DNA of 64,000 nt from contig OX597823.1 of the NCBI GenBank assembly GCA_951406725.2, positions 32,612,001 through 32,676,000 of the forward strand, written 5' to 3'. Shown in pieces: positions 50,123 through 63,983 of the stretch. The notes beneath the pieces were generated by a model that saw only the letters and a list, made by a program, of their open reading frames with translations, was not told where the DNA came from and did no database searches. Source of the DNA: Octopus vulgaris (Eukaryota). A program made the position numbers and the translations under genes. Each line of letters starts with the position of its first letter. The first letter of the stretch is position 1.

Positions 50123-52187
50123 TTGAGGGTGTGTCCTGGCACAACTTCACCATCTTCTCTTTCTGTCTTCTATTGAGGTGGCCATGTATCTCCTCTACAG
50201 CATGACACTTGATCAATCTAGGTCAGGATTGCCTAGATGAGGGTGTATGTTGTTAGCCCCAAAACAACAGGTGATTCCCAAGATACAACACTGATGATGT
50301 GTCCAAACATTGCATCTGTAGATGTATGTTGAATAAGTGTTATATTCTTATTTTCTCAAATTCTTTAAAATCATTAGAAAACTAGTTTACTTCATAATTT
50401 TTTAATTATAATATTGGTTATTAATTTTTCCTTAATAAATCTAATTATATTCTTATGGCATATTTAATAAAATCTTCTTTAAAATTCATATTACATTTCA
50501 CCTAATTCAACATGGCTTTCATAATATAAAGAGTGGTTCTTTGCCCTTGGTTTTATTAAACCCTTTTGAACACCAACCTATTCACACCCACTCTTATTAA
50601 TCTGTTCATCGAAATTATAATTTTCGGACTATTTACATCATATTTAGAATGCATAAATATATTTGCACCTTTTTTCATTTCTTCAGTCGTTATCAGGTGT
50701 CTTATTACTCAATATGTACACCACTCACAGGTTGGATTCAAATGAGGAACTTTTGTCTCTAAAAGCAAATTGTAAACATCATTCATAGTCCTTGCTTAGA
50801 ATGAAGACACTTGATGCTGATTGACGCCATATACATATCTAACAATGAGGTAAATAGCCTAGCTAAGTTTCATCTCAGTGAATAACAATTCACCTTACAA
50901 TGATAAGGATTTAATCTGTTTTATATTTAAATTAAAATCCCAAATGAAATCTTGTTGAAAATCTTAATGTCAATCCAAATATGGATAAAACTGATTAAAA
51001 AAATTTTTTTTTTAATTACTAGTCACTAGGTTTGGGGATTTGGCTGTTCCTCATTCCTACCAGTAACGTCAGTATATACCCCTCAAGATCACCTGTTAGA
51101 TATTTAATGCTAGAACATGATGATAATGCTGCAAGTGAGAGCAGTCAATCATCTCAACCAAACATTTAATATTCTTATCTACTCTGGGCACAAGGCCGGA
51201 ATGAATACTGTTTCTAATTTAAGCTCAAGGCCAGCAATTTTTTATCTGAAAGGGTTAGTCAATACCATCTGACCCCAGTATTTATTTGGTTTTGTATTTT
51301 ATCATCACTGAAAGGATGAAAACCTCGATGAAATAGGCACAAGGCCAGCAGTTCAGGGGTTTAGTGGATACCATCAATCCCAGTATTTGAATGGTACTTT
51401 ATTTTATCAACTCTGAAAGGATTTAATATTGTAGACATTATCATCAGTTTCATTTAATGTCTGTATTCCATGCTGGCAGAGATTGGACAGATTGACAGGA
51501 TCTTATTTACCTGAGGATTGCATTGGTCTTCAATGTCTGCTTTGGCAATGTTTCTATGGCTGGATGCTCTTCCTCTTTACAGAATATACTGGGTGCTTTT
51601 TTCATGGCACTTGTGAGGTCACCAAGGAACTTGTAAAACAAGACCCTTTGACAGAGGGAGGTGGCTTTGTGCCAGATGTTTAGAGGCTAAAGTATGAAAG
51701 AGAAACATGAACAGGTATCTCGCTGTAGGAGAGATACATAGCTATCATAGCAGGAAAGAGAGAAAGGTTGATGGTTATCAGATATTGGGTGTACCCTCAA
51801 GGTACAAGAAGGTAAATAGAAAGTAGCATGGAGAACTGAGGATGGCTGGGTGGGTAGGTAGATTCACAAGAGTGTGAAAGACAAGTGACAGAGAGCTGAG
51901 ATGAGGACAGAAAGGAAAGTAGTGTAAAGTGAACATGGATTGAGATATGCGCAGTCTCTTTGAATTTATTTTGATTTGTCCAATGTTTTGAAGATTAGCT
52001 AATCAAAGATCAGCTCAAACAAAACAGAACCAAACCAACAATAAGCTAAATATTCATACAAGGAGTTGCTTGTATCTTGTTGGAAATATTTCTTTCATAT
52101 TTATAATTTTACTAAAACTTGATCAATAATTGTTTGCGTTTACTGTAAACCAATGCTGTTTCCTCAATAACTGATTGATTATATTTA

Positions 52188-52415
52188 TTTTTTTATTGCC
52201 CGCAGAGGGGGCTAAACATAGAGGGGACAAACAAGGACAGATAAAGGGATTCAGTTCATTACATCAAACCCAGTGTGTAACTGGTATTTATTTAATCAAC
52301 CCCGAAAGGATGAAAGGCAAAGTTGACCTAAGCAGAATTTGAACTCAGAATGTAATGGCAGACAAAATACTGCTAAGCATTTCACCCAGCATGCTAACAT
52401 TTCTGCCAGCTCACA
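52188..52415 (-). mobile_element. Meta-like SINE
   Basis: Reverse complement of the 29807-30027 family. Confidence 0.8.
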
Positions 52416-53009
52416 GCTCTATTGATTGATTATATCGATACTGTTACATATAAGATTAATAATGCTTTCAGCTTTACTGTAATATGCCACAGAATATTCT
52501 ACATTTACATGAAACGCATATATTTTTGCTCTAATTCTAGTTAATGCCTTGTGGTGTGACTGTCATCATCATCATCATTTAGCATCCATTGTCTATGCTG
52601 GCATGAGTTGGATGGTTTGAATAGGGCTGGCAAGTTAGAAGACTACACCAGACTCCAGTCTGATTTGGCATGGTTTTTTTTATGGCTGGATGCCCTTTCT
52701 AATGCCAACCACTCCAAGAGTATAATGGGTGCTTTTACATGCCACCGGCACAAGTGCCAATTGTGTGACACCAGTATCTGCCATGATTGTGATTTTACTT
52801 GGCTTGACGGGTCTTCTTCTCAAGCATGACAAAATGCCAAACTTCTCAGTCATTTGTCATTCCTCTGTGAGGCCTAACTTTTCACATGCCATCAGCATCA
52901 GCCATTTTTCCTCCGTGAGGCCCAACACTCAAAAAGTGCTTTTTTCGTACCTGTTACATGATACCAGCATCAGCTACAACTACAATTTCATTTAGCTTGA
53001 CTGGTGTCA

Positions 53010-54120
53010 GGTTCAGTCCCACTTCATGGCACCTCTTCTACAGTTGCTCTGTTTTGACCAAAGTTTTGTGAGTGGATTTGGCAGATCAAAACTGAAAAGA
53101 AACCTGTTGTGTATATCAATACATGTGTGTGTGTGTTCTTGTCTTGACATCATGTGATGGTTGTCAATGAGTATGACTGTCATATAAGTGATGTTGTTTA
53201 TTAACATTCTTCCATAGAAAACATGCTTAGCCATGGGAATATATTTTCTTGCTTGGAAACAAACAGGAGTTGGCAACAGGAAGACATCCTGCCTTAAAAA
53301 ATCAGCCTCAAGAAATTCTTTCTAACCCATACAGGCATGGGAAAGTACATATGAAATGATGATATTGTTTGCCACCTTGCCAAACCAGACATAGGAACAC
53401 AATGCAGTCTTCAGGTGCAAAGACCATCCTACTCATGCCAGCATAGGACATGGATGCTAAATGATTATGATGATGAGGATGATAGCAGTGTCAGTCATTA
53501 AATATCAAAGTTTTATTGAAATCTTTTTATTTTTGGCGAATAAATTATGGTGATGAGTATTAAATTTGATAACAAAACTAAATTAACAATTGAACTTTAA
53601 ATAGGAAATAAGATTTTCAATAGCATAAAATAAAATTTATAGTGGCATAATGTAATGTTATTTGAATGTCCACTTTTCCATGCTTGCATGGGTTAGATGA
53701 TATTTGAAGCAGACTTTCTACAACCTTGCAGAAATGTTAGTACACTGGATGAAATGTTTAGCAGTATTTCGTCTGTCTTTGCATTCTGAGTTCAAATTCC
53801 ACTGTGGTCGACTTTGGCATTCATCCTTTCTAGGTCAATAAATTAGTACCAGTTGCATACTGGGGTCAATCTAATCGACTGGCCACTCCTCCCCAAAAAT
53901 TTCGGGCCTTGTGCCTAGAGTAGAAAAGAATATTTCCCTATGGCAAGATGGGTTTTCCCACACATGTTGGACTTCTTTCAGTTTCCATCTACCAAATCCA
54001 CTTATAAGGCTTTAGTTGACCCAGGGCTACAGAAAACACTTGCTCAAGGTGCCAGTAGGTGTGAACCGAAAACCATATGGTTGGAAATTAAACTGCTTCA
54101 CCACATAGCCACACCTATGC
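53010..54120. mobile_element. SINE cluster: plus CORE-type 53010-53365, and a plus Meta-like copy 53725-53930 nested in a minus CORE-type copy
   Basis: Family motifs as above; the minus-strand SINE (tail about 53660, head about 54118) is split by the Meta-like copy. Confidence 0.7.
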
Positions 54121-55679
54121 TTGTGTGAATTAAAAACATGAATATTTCAACAGTAATTTGTTGACCAAATTTTTTATACTTTACAATTGATTTCAATGAT
54201 TTCTGTGTTATACAGGGGAAAGATTTTTCCATTTGGCTAAATGGGGGTTTTCCTGAGTAAGATTGAAGTTTCATAAAGTATTTTGTTTCTCGTCATAAAA
54301 AGTCGAAAGTATTACTGCCTCTAGCATGTAGAATATACAAATTATAATCAAATATTATATCACAGTCATGTTTTATGGATATTTTCATTTTCTTTAAATC
54401 CATTATCTGAGAGAATTGGTGAAAATATTCTCATTTAACAGTTTTTCCTACAACTGCTGGCAGTACTTTTAATGATAACTAAATATAACCATTTCTAACT
54501 GTAATTCCATATGTTAATCAGTTAAACTGGAAGCTTATTTTAAATTCAGCAAGTGACTTGATCTGTGACTGTATTGAAAGTATAGCAGCTAAATCATGAA
54601 AGAATCGTTCTAGGTATGTAATGACACAAAAATTGTTAAATTCACTTTTAATTAATTTCATGAGCTGCCAAAATTTTTGTTGTACAACTGTAACTTGGTT
54701 ACTGACACAACTGGACAGATGTGGAATTCTCAAAATTTTCTTTGCACATGTATTTCCAGTGCAGAGTTAAGGTCTGGGTCACAATTGTTGTCGTCATCAT
54801 CATTTTATATCCACTTTCCATGCTGGCATGGGTTGAACATGTCATCATGGTCTGAGACACTTCCCATAGGGAGCCCTAACTCTCAAAGCTTAGTATACAT
54901 ATGTGCCATCTGGCTTGGTTTCTACAGCCGAATGTCTTTCCTTCTATCAAACACTACAGAGTATACTGGCCTGCATTTTCCCATGGCATCAATGAAGTTT
55001 GCATATTCCTTGATGAGACAGAACAAGAGGATCTGCATAACCCTTCACTTTCTCTGCTCATTTAACTAACCACTTTATGGTATGAACAGTAGGTGGGGAT
55101 GTTTGTAGACAGTGATATAAATCTGTAAGTGCAGAAATGATTATAGAAGAATTGGGGTATAAGGGAGATGTAGGTAAAGAAAGCACTCAATATATTTGGG
55201 TGTTTACATTAGCAGGGATGACTGAGGAGGGAAACTAGAGAGGGAAGAAAAGACCAATGACATCAGAAGGACAGGAGGAGTGAGAGGATGGAAATAAAAC
55301 AGGGATATGAAGAGAAGGTCAGTGAGAGGAGTTTTTTTGGTTATAGCAGGTGGGACACAGTAGAGGTGGGTTATGAGATGAAGGTAAGAGTGTGTGAAGG
55401 ATGGCCATAGAAGTGAGGGCTGGTTGGTACAGGGTCTGAAGGAGAAGTGGATAGAAGTGATGAGGATGGTGAGGTCAGTATAGAAAGATGAGAGATGGAG
55501 GGCCATGAGTGATAAAAGAAATGGGTGAGAAGGGTGTTGAGCAATAGGTAGAAGTGATGTCAATGCTGTAAGGTGAGGGGGTCCAGAAATGTAGGCCTGT
55601 CAAGGAACAAATATTACAGCCTCTAAACACCATCCTTGAGTTAGAGTACTTGTAATAAGTTGATGGATCTTCTGCTGCA

Positions 55680-56215
55680 TCATGTCTCATTAATCAGTCT
55701 TGTATCATCTCCTTCATGAGATACAACTTCAAGTCAGCCTTCACCACTTCATCCCCTGTCTTCCTTGGTCTCCCTCTTCTATGGGTTCAACTAACTTGCA
55801 GTGCTCAACCCTTCTTTGTGCAGCAGTCACATTCCATGTGCATCACATGCCCATATCAGCATAGCATTCTCTCTTGTACACCACACTCATTCCTCTTATA
55901 CCCAATTTTCACCCAGTTCATTTGTACACTGAGGTTCATGCATATTCACATTTCACATTCAGTAGAACATACTTGCCTCATTCCTTTCTAAACTTCTCAA
56001 GTCTTCTGCATTCAAGGTCCACATCTCACTACCATGCTACATAGCAGTTTTAACACAATCATACAATCTATTCTGAATTTTCCTCAACCCGTTCTTACTC
56101 TGGTTGTTATACTTTCTGAACAGCCACCTCCCCTCCTAACTATATCACCTCGGTAGCTGAAGTTATTGACTACTTACAGTGAGCCAGTGAGATATTTAAG
56201 AAAGTCTATTTCCTT
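55680..56215 (-). pseudogene. RTE-clade LINE 3' fragment
   Basis: Homologous to 30820-31322; GRPRKTGDEVV, WYGHVM, HGSE, FSYRGD motifs. Confidence 0.8.
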
Positions 56216-56879
56216 ATCCAGTACGGTCAACCCATTTATTAACTCCTAAAGTCCTGTTGTGCTTTCTCTTTATAAATTCTTTTATCCTGTTAGAAATGAG
56301 AGATTTTGACAAAATATAGTCAGCCTGATATAAGAAAAAATCATAAAAATATTGCCTGAATTTGGTTGAAATTCACTGCTATTTTATGATTGTTGGTGTA
56401 AATTGTGAATGTGGTTTTTACCTTTTGTTGTTGACTTTCACCTGTTGTCATGCCACTTCCACCTACCTATGTGAAGTGAATACAGTTAAGTTTATTACAT
56501 GTGTTTTCACACCTATTTTATAATGTATCAACTACTGAGTATTGATTTTCCAATTCAAACATAAATAAATAAATAATATCACTGAGGTCTCACCACTTAG
56601 GGTATTACCTACCATTCATCATCATCATCATCATTATCGTCATTATGCTTAAAAAATTAAATATGAAAAGTTCAAGAAAATTGACTTGATAAAATGCTAA
56701 AAATGCTTGCATCATGCACGATGCAAGCAGAAAGTCTCATGACAAGAAATTCTTTCTAAAGTGAGGTTTAACTTTGTTTCTCACACAGAAGAGTATTTAG
56801 TTCCAACTGCAGTTTCATATGGTTTAAAATTTGGCAGCTGGTGTGCACATTTGTTACAGCTCTTCAAGAATTAAACCCC

Positions 56880-57325
56880 TCTTGTCCAATATGGTCAACC
56901 CATCTATTTAATTTTTATGGCTTGGTAGAAGGAAAAGGAAAGAAAAGAAAAAAACAGAACACATGATTTGGAACTTTACTAAAGGCATCCATGAACCATG
57001 CAGCCAATTCCTCCACTAGCATTCTTTCTCAACTTAATCAAATTCATAAGTGAGTTTCTAACATTGTTGGTCTTGTTTTGGCAGTTAAATTTCAAAACCT
57101 CTCTCATCACTGCCAGGACATTGCCTCTTTATCTCTATTCTATAAATACTTCCATGGTGTATTGTTCTGCCAAACTTTTTTCTCTTGTTCCTCCACTTAA
57201 TGTTATTAATAAAATGATTCATCTTTCCATTAACTCTCATCTTTTTGCTCTTCTTGTCCCCTCTTGTAAGAAGTATGTCTACTCTTGTGGTTTCTTTCCT
57301 TAGACGTCTCTCTAATGAAATTCTT
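56880..57325 (+). pseudogene. Decayed CR1/L2-like LINE 3' fragment
   Basis: YCSAKLFSLVPP..SH..YSCGFFP*TS resembles the CSxELxxLVP..SFFPRT C-terminus. Confidence 0.5.
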
Positions 57326-58379
57326 ATTTTTGGTTTCCAGATAGAAAGTTATCTTAATTCTTTATAATTTTTGGTAAATTTTTCTTTCATCTGTGTATAG
57401 GACTTCAAAAGTTAAATCTTCCTTTTCTAATATGGTTTACTAATTTATTAAACTTTTTTATGGGGTTGTTTGGTTATTGTTGCCAACTTGCCACTTTATT
57501 AGGAATAACTTCCATTTAATGAAAAAAAAGTCCCCAATCCAAGAACGGGTGCATCCAACAAACAGTCATATATTTTGCCTATCTACTCAATTTCACTCAC
57601 ATGGCTACAGTCAAGCCATAGCTATGACAGACATAATGTTTGCTCGGTACCTCACAGTGGAATCAAACTTGGAGCCATATGATTGTCCAGTCAAACTTCT
57701 TAACCACATGACTCTGCCTACTCCAAGTTTGTAATATGGTCAATGACATTCTAAGCCATTAATAAATTAAATGGAGTTGAGGAAATTCTTTTTTGTTGCT
57801 CAGATTAAACAGCAACACAGATGTTCCCTCATAACCTTAATTTGTTCAAGGATTAAATAACTGTAATTTATTTTCCTCAATTTATAGTCTTGAATATCAA
57901 GTAGCTTGTAACTAACACCATGCTGGAATACTAAATGTAGCATTATCCCCTACCCCTGACACACACTTTTGGTTTGTTTAGCCTATGCTGGAGCACCACC
58001 TACAGTAATTCAGTCTGTGTTTTTTTTGTGTGCATGATCTCCTTTGTATATCTTGTGGTTGATCAATTTTGTTTTTGTTTCTTAATTTTGTTCATATTAC
58101 TAATTCAGGGGTCAGTGAATTGGTGGGAGTTATTTTACCCTGCTTCTAACATTTAAGGGCTGAGTCATTGTGAGAGATCAGGCTTGAACTTTGGTGTAGT
58201 GGGTCACATGATGTTCACAAAATGTTTGAAGCCTTTTGAACACTTTGTGAATATCATGTGGCAGTGTTCAAAGCCTTTTCACAGCTTCTTTGACTAGGGA
58301 AGCGTTAACAATGCCCCGTTATCATTGGCAATGTGACATGCTTTAAGGTAAGATTTTGAGACATTTTATAACATCTTAC

Positions 58380-58815
58380 ACTGATCCCTTGGATACTAAT
58401 CCATTGGTTAATGCTCCATAAAAGAAATTTTAGTACTTGGCTTTTCTCCATTCAGACAGTATGTTGTACCCAGCTGGTCTTTAATGAGGAAATCTTCAGT
58501 GCCTTCAATCTCATACCATTCAATTGCAGTTGTATTAGATGCCTTACCCTTCTTTGAGGCACTGCAGATATTCCAGGGGAATCTTATGTGGAACTTGTCT
58601 AGGTCTTTTTCATATGTTGATGGAGCCATCTCTAGGTCTTATTGTTATGTAAAAGTCTGGTTAGAACAACTGTTTGATATGAAGCAAACTTCATTCTGTG
58701 GTGGTCCAGGATCAGATGGGCACCCTGTAGTGCAGGCTGCTGAAGACACTGCTTGCTTTCCCTATCCATGTTGTGGATATTGTGAGAAAAAGCCCTCCAA
58801 ATAGTAGAACTTCTG
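58380..58815 (-). pseudogene. Decayed RTE/BovB-like fragment
   Basis: LDKFHIRFPWNIC..KASNT..IEGTEDFLIKDQLG resembles the RTE thumb region. Confidence 0.55.
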
Positions 58816-58825
58816 TAGTCTTTAA

Positions 58826-59033
58826 CCCTTTCGTTACTGTATTTATTTTCAGAAGCTCTGTGTTTCTTTCAATTACTTTAAATATAACAAAGAATTTATT
58901 AAAATAACTTAGTTATCATTCAGCTAGTGTTAGGAACATAAATTGTGACTAAGGTTTGGTGGAAGATTTTAATTCAAAACTTATGCAAACAAGACATTTG
59001 TACTCAGTCAGAGCCGGGTTGGTAACAAAAGGG
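58826..59033. mobile_element. piggyBac-type MITE
   Basis: TTAA TSDs at 58822-58825 and 59034-59037; TIRs CCCTTTCGTTAC / GTAACAAAAGGG (11/12). Confidence 0.9.
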
Positions 59034-59087
59034 TTAATTGGTCTTGTTCTGAAACACTGGGAAAATATGCATCTAGACATCCTGTAA

Positions 59088-59307
59088 CCCTTTAGCATTT
59101 AAACCAGTCATATCCAGCCAACATATTCTGCCTGTTTTATGTTCAAATTGGCCAAAATCCAGCCTCTCACACCTACCCTACAATGTTATTCTAAAAATAA
59201 ACAGTCACATCATTAAAATCTCAAAGCTACAAGATTATGCATGATTAATTCAAACCAATGTGAATAAAAGACATCACATTTGACAGAAAAATCTTTATGC
59301 TAAAGGA
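59088..59307 (+). mobile_element. piggyBac-type MITE (second family)
   Basis: GTAA-CCCTTTAGCAT...ATGCTAAAGGA-TTAA. Confidence 0.8.
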
Positions 59308-59518
59308 TTAAATGCCCCTGAGAAAAGTTTGTTAAACTTCTTGGTCTTTGGTTATTTTTAGATAAATATCAATATTGTTAAATGTAGATATGGTTATTTT
59401 ATTATTAAATATCAATATTCACAGTATTTTAATGTAATCATAGGAACATTTTACAATATTGTTATCGGCAACATTGCATCCATATTGACATTTTAGCAAT
59501 ATTTCATCTATATAGACA

Positions 59519-59878
59519 TTTATTACCTCTGCCTTAGTGAAAGCAGAGGTATTGTTTTCAGTCCTGTTTGTCTGTGGACAAAATATCTCAAGAACCACTG
59601 AATGGATTCAGATGAAACTTTCAGGGTAGTTTGGCCTCATGACCTGACACAAACAAATTAGATTTTGGGATCAATCCGGTACTGGGCAAGGATTCTGGAT
59701 TATTTTTCCTGTTTTTTTACTTAATTTTTGAGAGCTGTCTGGTTCATTTTTGGTATTCTCATTTGTGAGAGCAGTCAAGTTTATTTCAGATATTCTCATT
59801 TTAAAAATCGTCTCTGGCTAATCATTGAGAAGATGGTGTTGCTTTGGCGGAGGTTTGCCTTCTCTAGGTGTTCTTGTT
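59519..59878 (+). mobile_element. Helentron-associated non-autonomous element (HINE/DINE-1-like)
   Basis: 5' TTATTACCTCTGCC with local hairpin partner GCAGAGGT; GTTTGTCTGT repeat; 3' sub-TIR GGCGGAGGT at 59846-59854 followed by a degenerate hairpin and TT. Confidence 0.75.
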
Positions 59879-60329
59879 AATATTACAATCATACGAACAT
59901 ATTATAATATTGTTACGAATCCTCTTTCCCAGGGGGTGCAGTCTTAACACTTCTGCTGTGGGGGACAGGTATATATATATATATATATAAGGGTAATAAT
60001 ACCCAATTTTTCTGCTGTTTTAACAATGATACTGCATTCAGAATATCACTTTCTTAACTGTATCATACAATACACATTCAATGGTTCTAAAAAACATTTG
60101 TTTATATACATATGTGGTTGTTACATGCATACATACATATATACATGTGTGTGTGTGTTTGTGTATACACATTCACAGTAACTACATTGTATTTGTTTTG
60201 GTGTTCACCCAGGATAGATTGTGCTGGTTCCAGCACATGAATCTACCGATCATCATGAACAGAAGTTGACCACACTTGACAATGACCAAACACCCAATAT
60301 ATCAACCAGTCATGATTCCAACAGCCGAA

Positions 60330-61170
60330 GCCACAAATGCTAGGATCAGATACTGATTCATGATCTAACTCAATCCTGCTCATCCACGTTTTCAGCTGTC
60401 TGCCTCATCTTTTGTGTTGTCTTGGGATACACTCAATTTTATTAATGATTTGCCTTGTGGATAGTGGAGTGCATGACCAAACTGATGGAAGCACCTTTTA
60501 TGTAAGAGTTATTGAGAGAAATTCATCTAGGAATGACAATGAACTTTGGAGTTTGATGCAAAATACAAGCTCACAATTATGGAGGATTTGATGAAGGCAA
60601 AAGTAGTCAAAGACTTTCTGTTTGTGTAAATTGTAAATCCATCACTTTCATTGGCTGCATCTCACAGCTGTGCAGTAGGACACTGTGAATGAGTGGTTGA
60701 CAGATGCAAATTCCATAGCATCTTGAATCATCAACTTCGACCAAAGCTCACTTTGAACACAGCATAAGCCCAGTGAATATGGACATTTTTTCCATGAGTG
60801 GTCTGGTCTGTTACAGTGAAGGCAGCACCAAGGTACTTGAATCAATCTATCACTTCTCAGATCTTGCCTGGACTTTTCCCTTTATCAACCACTTAGCCAT
60901 CATCAGTTATTTCACAAGTCATCAAAATCATCAAAGTAGGATCTTGTTCCACAATGACTCTTTGAAAATTCTCCAAAGCACACTTTGAAATTCAGTTCTT
61001 GGCAATATTTGAAGAGTTGGAAATAGAAGACAGCACTGCTGGACACTTGAATACATTTAGAAAAACTCAGAGTCCTCACTCTAACCTTTGATCATGTAGA
61101 GCTATAGTAGATCTAATTCATCCATCATCATGGTACCCATATAATGCTGTGATTAACAAAATCAAAGGTT
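60330..61170 (-). pseudogene. Decayed RTE-like LINE fragment
   Basis: FKYLGAAF, LLHSCE and DYFCLHQIL on the minus strand. Confidence 0.55.
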
Positions 61171-61366
61171 GCCATGTAGTCCTTAAAACAAGTGATGGTT
61201 CAGTGTTGTTAGCTCTACTTTTCTTCTAGAATCCTTTTCAAGGTGAAAATTTTAGCCCGTGCAACCCCAGCTAAGATCACACTGATTTTTAGTTACTATA
61301 TAAGTTACTAGACATATTGTCACATGCAAGAAAGACCTTTGTTCAATATAGTAATGCTTTTAGGGT

Positions 61367-61818
61367 AGCAAGCTGGCCGAATTGTTAGCAGGCCAGGTGA
61401 AATGCTTAGCAATATGTCATCTGTCTTTATATTCTGAGTTCAAATTCTGCCAAGGTCAACTTTGCCTTTCATCCTTTTGGGGTCGATAAATTAAGTACCT
61501 GTTGCACACTGGGGTCAATCTTTTAACTCAGAACATAAAGATGAAATACCACTAAGCATTTCGCCCAGCGTGCTAACAATTCTGCCAGCTCACCGCCTTA
61601 AAATTCTTTTCTATTCTAGGCACAAGGCCTGAAATTTTGGGGAGTAGGTCAGTCAATTAGATTGACCCCAGTGCGCAACTGGTACTTAATTTATTGACCC
61701 CAGAAAGGATGAAAGGCAAAGTTGACCTCAGCGGAATTTGAACTCAGAACGTAAAGACAAATGAAATACTGCTAAGCATTTTGCCCAGTGTGCTAACAAT
61801 TCTGCCAGCCCACTGCCT
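61367..61818. mobile_element. Three Meta-like SINE pieces (+ 61367-61520, - 61523-61598, - 61605-61818)
   Basis: Family motifs in both orientations, directly adjacent. Confidence 0.82.
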
Positions 61819-62433
61819 TTACATTTACAAATATTAACATATTTTTTGTATGTTATGTCTATCTTTGAAACTACTATCTTTTAATCGGTCATTGTAATAA
61901 GGAACAGAGTGATTAAAGGTTCTTTATAGGAGGATGTACTAAATATGTGCTAAACATTATTTATTGAATATTTCTTGTCACCTCTGTTTGTAAACACAGG
62001 CTCAAATGATAACCAACCTTTAAATGTATTTATTATTCATTTATTTTTCGTCCTTTTTATGTTAGCATGTGTTAGATGAATATATTATTGAGACATTGTT
62101 TTATAGCCAGGTGCCTTTCCTATCACTAATCCTTACCTGTTTTTCATGCTGCGGATTTCTTACTTCACACATCTTAGAAGGCCCAGAGCAAATGGACAAT
62201 TTGTTGATTGAGGAAGTGACAACAACACTGCTTGTAACAAGCAAGAATATAAAATATATATACATGCGCGCGCAAACACACACACACACACACACTGATC
62301 TTCTTTCAGTTTCCTTCTCCACATTCACTCACAAGGTTTTAGTTGCCCTTGTGCTATGAAAACATTTAGCCAAGAGTTTGAACCTAAAATCATGTAGTTA
62401 GGAAGCAAACTTCTCAACTGCACAACCTATATT

Positions 62434-62468
<35 letters not shown>

Positions 62469-62819
62469 TGCTATGCTAACCTACAGGTATATATGACAAC
62501 TATTATTTTCTTCTATGTAAAGCTGTTGTATTGAGTTACTCTGAGTAAACAATATAAAATGTAGAAATAAGTCTCATCATGTGATGAGATCTCCTAAGAC
62601 TGATAAGAATAAAGAGTAAAACAAAATTCTATTGATTTTTCAAAGACAGTTTGTTTGCCTGATTGTACTGATAATATATTTCTGTGGTGGATTGGTAAAC
62701 GTTTCATTCTGTGACCATATCAGCGATTTCACTGAACCGAATAGTGTGTATGTGTGTGTAGAACTGTGCATATGTAGATGGAAGGGAGGAGAGAAACAAC
62801 ACACACACAAATTCATAGA

Positions 62820-62962
62820 CTGTGATGACACAATGATTTGTTAGGCTGCGATGACAGGATGGTTGTTTGTTTGTGATGACAGAATAGGTTGTTGGATTGT
62901 GATGACAGAACAAGTTATGGGGTTTTGATGATGGAATGAGCTGTTTGATTGTGGTGAAAGTG
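62820..62962. repeat. About 26-bp minisatellite, 5-6 copies
   Basis: Recurrent TTGTGATGACAGAA core. Confidence 0.75.
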
Positions 62963-63692
62963 AATCCAAAGATGCAGTCTTATTTCTTGTGATTAAATAA
63001 AATAAAACATTTTGTTATTCCAAGCAGATTAAATACATTTGACAGAATTTCTGTGGGGTTTTCTTTCTTTAATTTCTAAATACCCTGAAACCAGGCTAGT
63101 CTACTGGTCCTGTCAAATTGCAAGATTAGTGGCTGGATTTCTTTCTTTAATTTAATGTCAAATTAAATTGAAATAGTTTATTTTCTTAAGAAATATATTT
63201 AATTTGTGTCTCTCTTAGGAACTTTATTTAAAGTTATAATTATTTACATAAACATGTTACTTTCTAATAACATTAAATTCTCTTTAATTCATGGCCAGCA
63301 TGTTGAAATTAAGAAACTTTGGTTTATTCTATAGCTGACCTAGAACTCAGGAAGTGGGATGGTGTTAATATTCTCATCATTTAATTTTTCATTCTGGTGT
63401 GGGTTGGATAGGTGTGGCATACAGCATATCAATCACTATTTCTCTGGATATTCTACCAACTCTCTCTATGAGTCCCAGCATCCTAAGATTCAACATAGTT
63501 GCTCCTTTTTGTACCATAGCCCTAAGCCTGTCTTTCATGCACCATGTCAGCTGATAACTTACACCTTGCATTTATGTTATCATTACACATTCAACAAATT
63601 ATACTCACCTTTTTCCCTCCAACTCCACTGATTTGCCATATTCAATGTCCACACCACCATGTAGTGTTACACACCTTATATATACCTTAAAC

Positions 63693-63983
63693 CAATGTTT
63701 CTCAAACTATCTGATGTGGGGTGCCAGCAGTTTTTTTCCTAATGTGCCAAGGACCAGTAATATTTCTTAGTAATATTAATTTATACCGGAAACAATATAT
63801 ATAATTAATATAATAAAAGTTGACAATTTTAAAAATCTTTTATTTATTTTGTAAACAAATAATACAGCAGTATTACATAAGCATTTTATAATGTTTCTTT
63901 CTTTTCTGGAAGCTCACTGCATACTGGTAGCTGATGGCTTGCAACCGGCACCAGTCCACAGACCACCACTTTGAGTAGCACTG
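63693..63983. mobile_element. hAT (Charlie/Buster-type) MITE
   Basis: CAATGTTTCTCAAA...TTTGAGTAGCACTG termini; 8-bp TSD CCTTAAAC/CCTTAAAG (7/8) with central TA. Confidence 0.85.
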
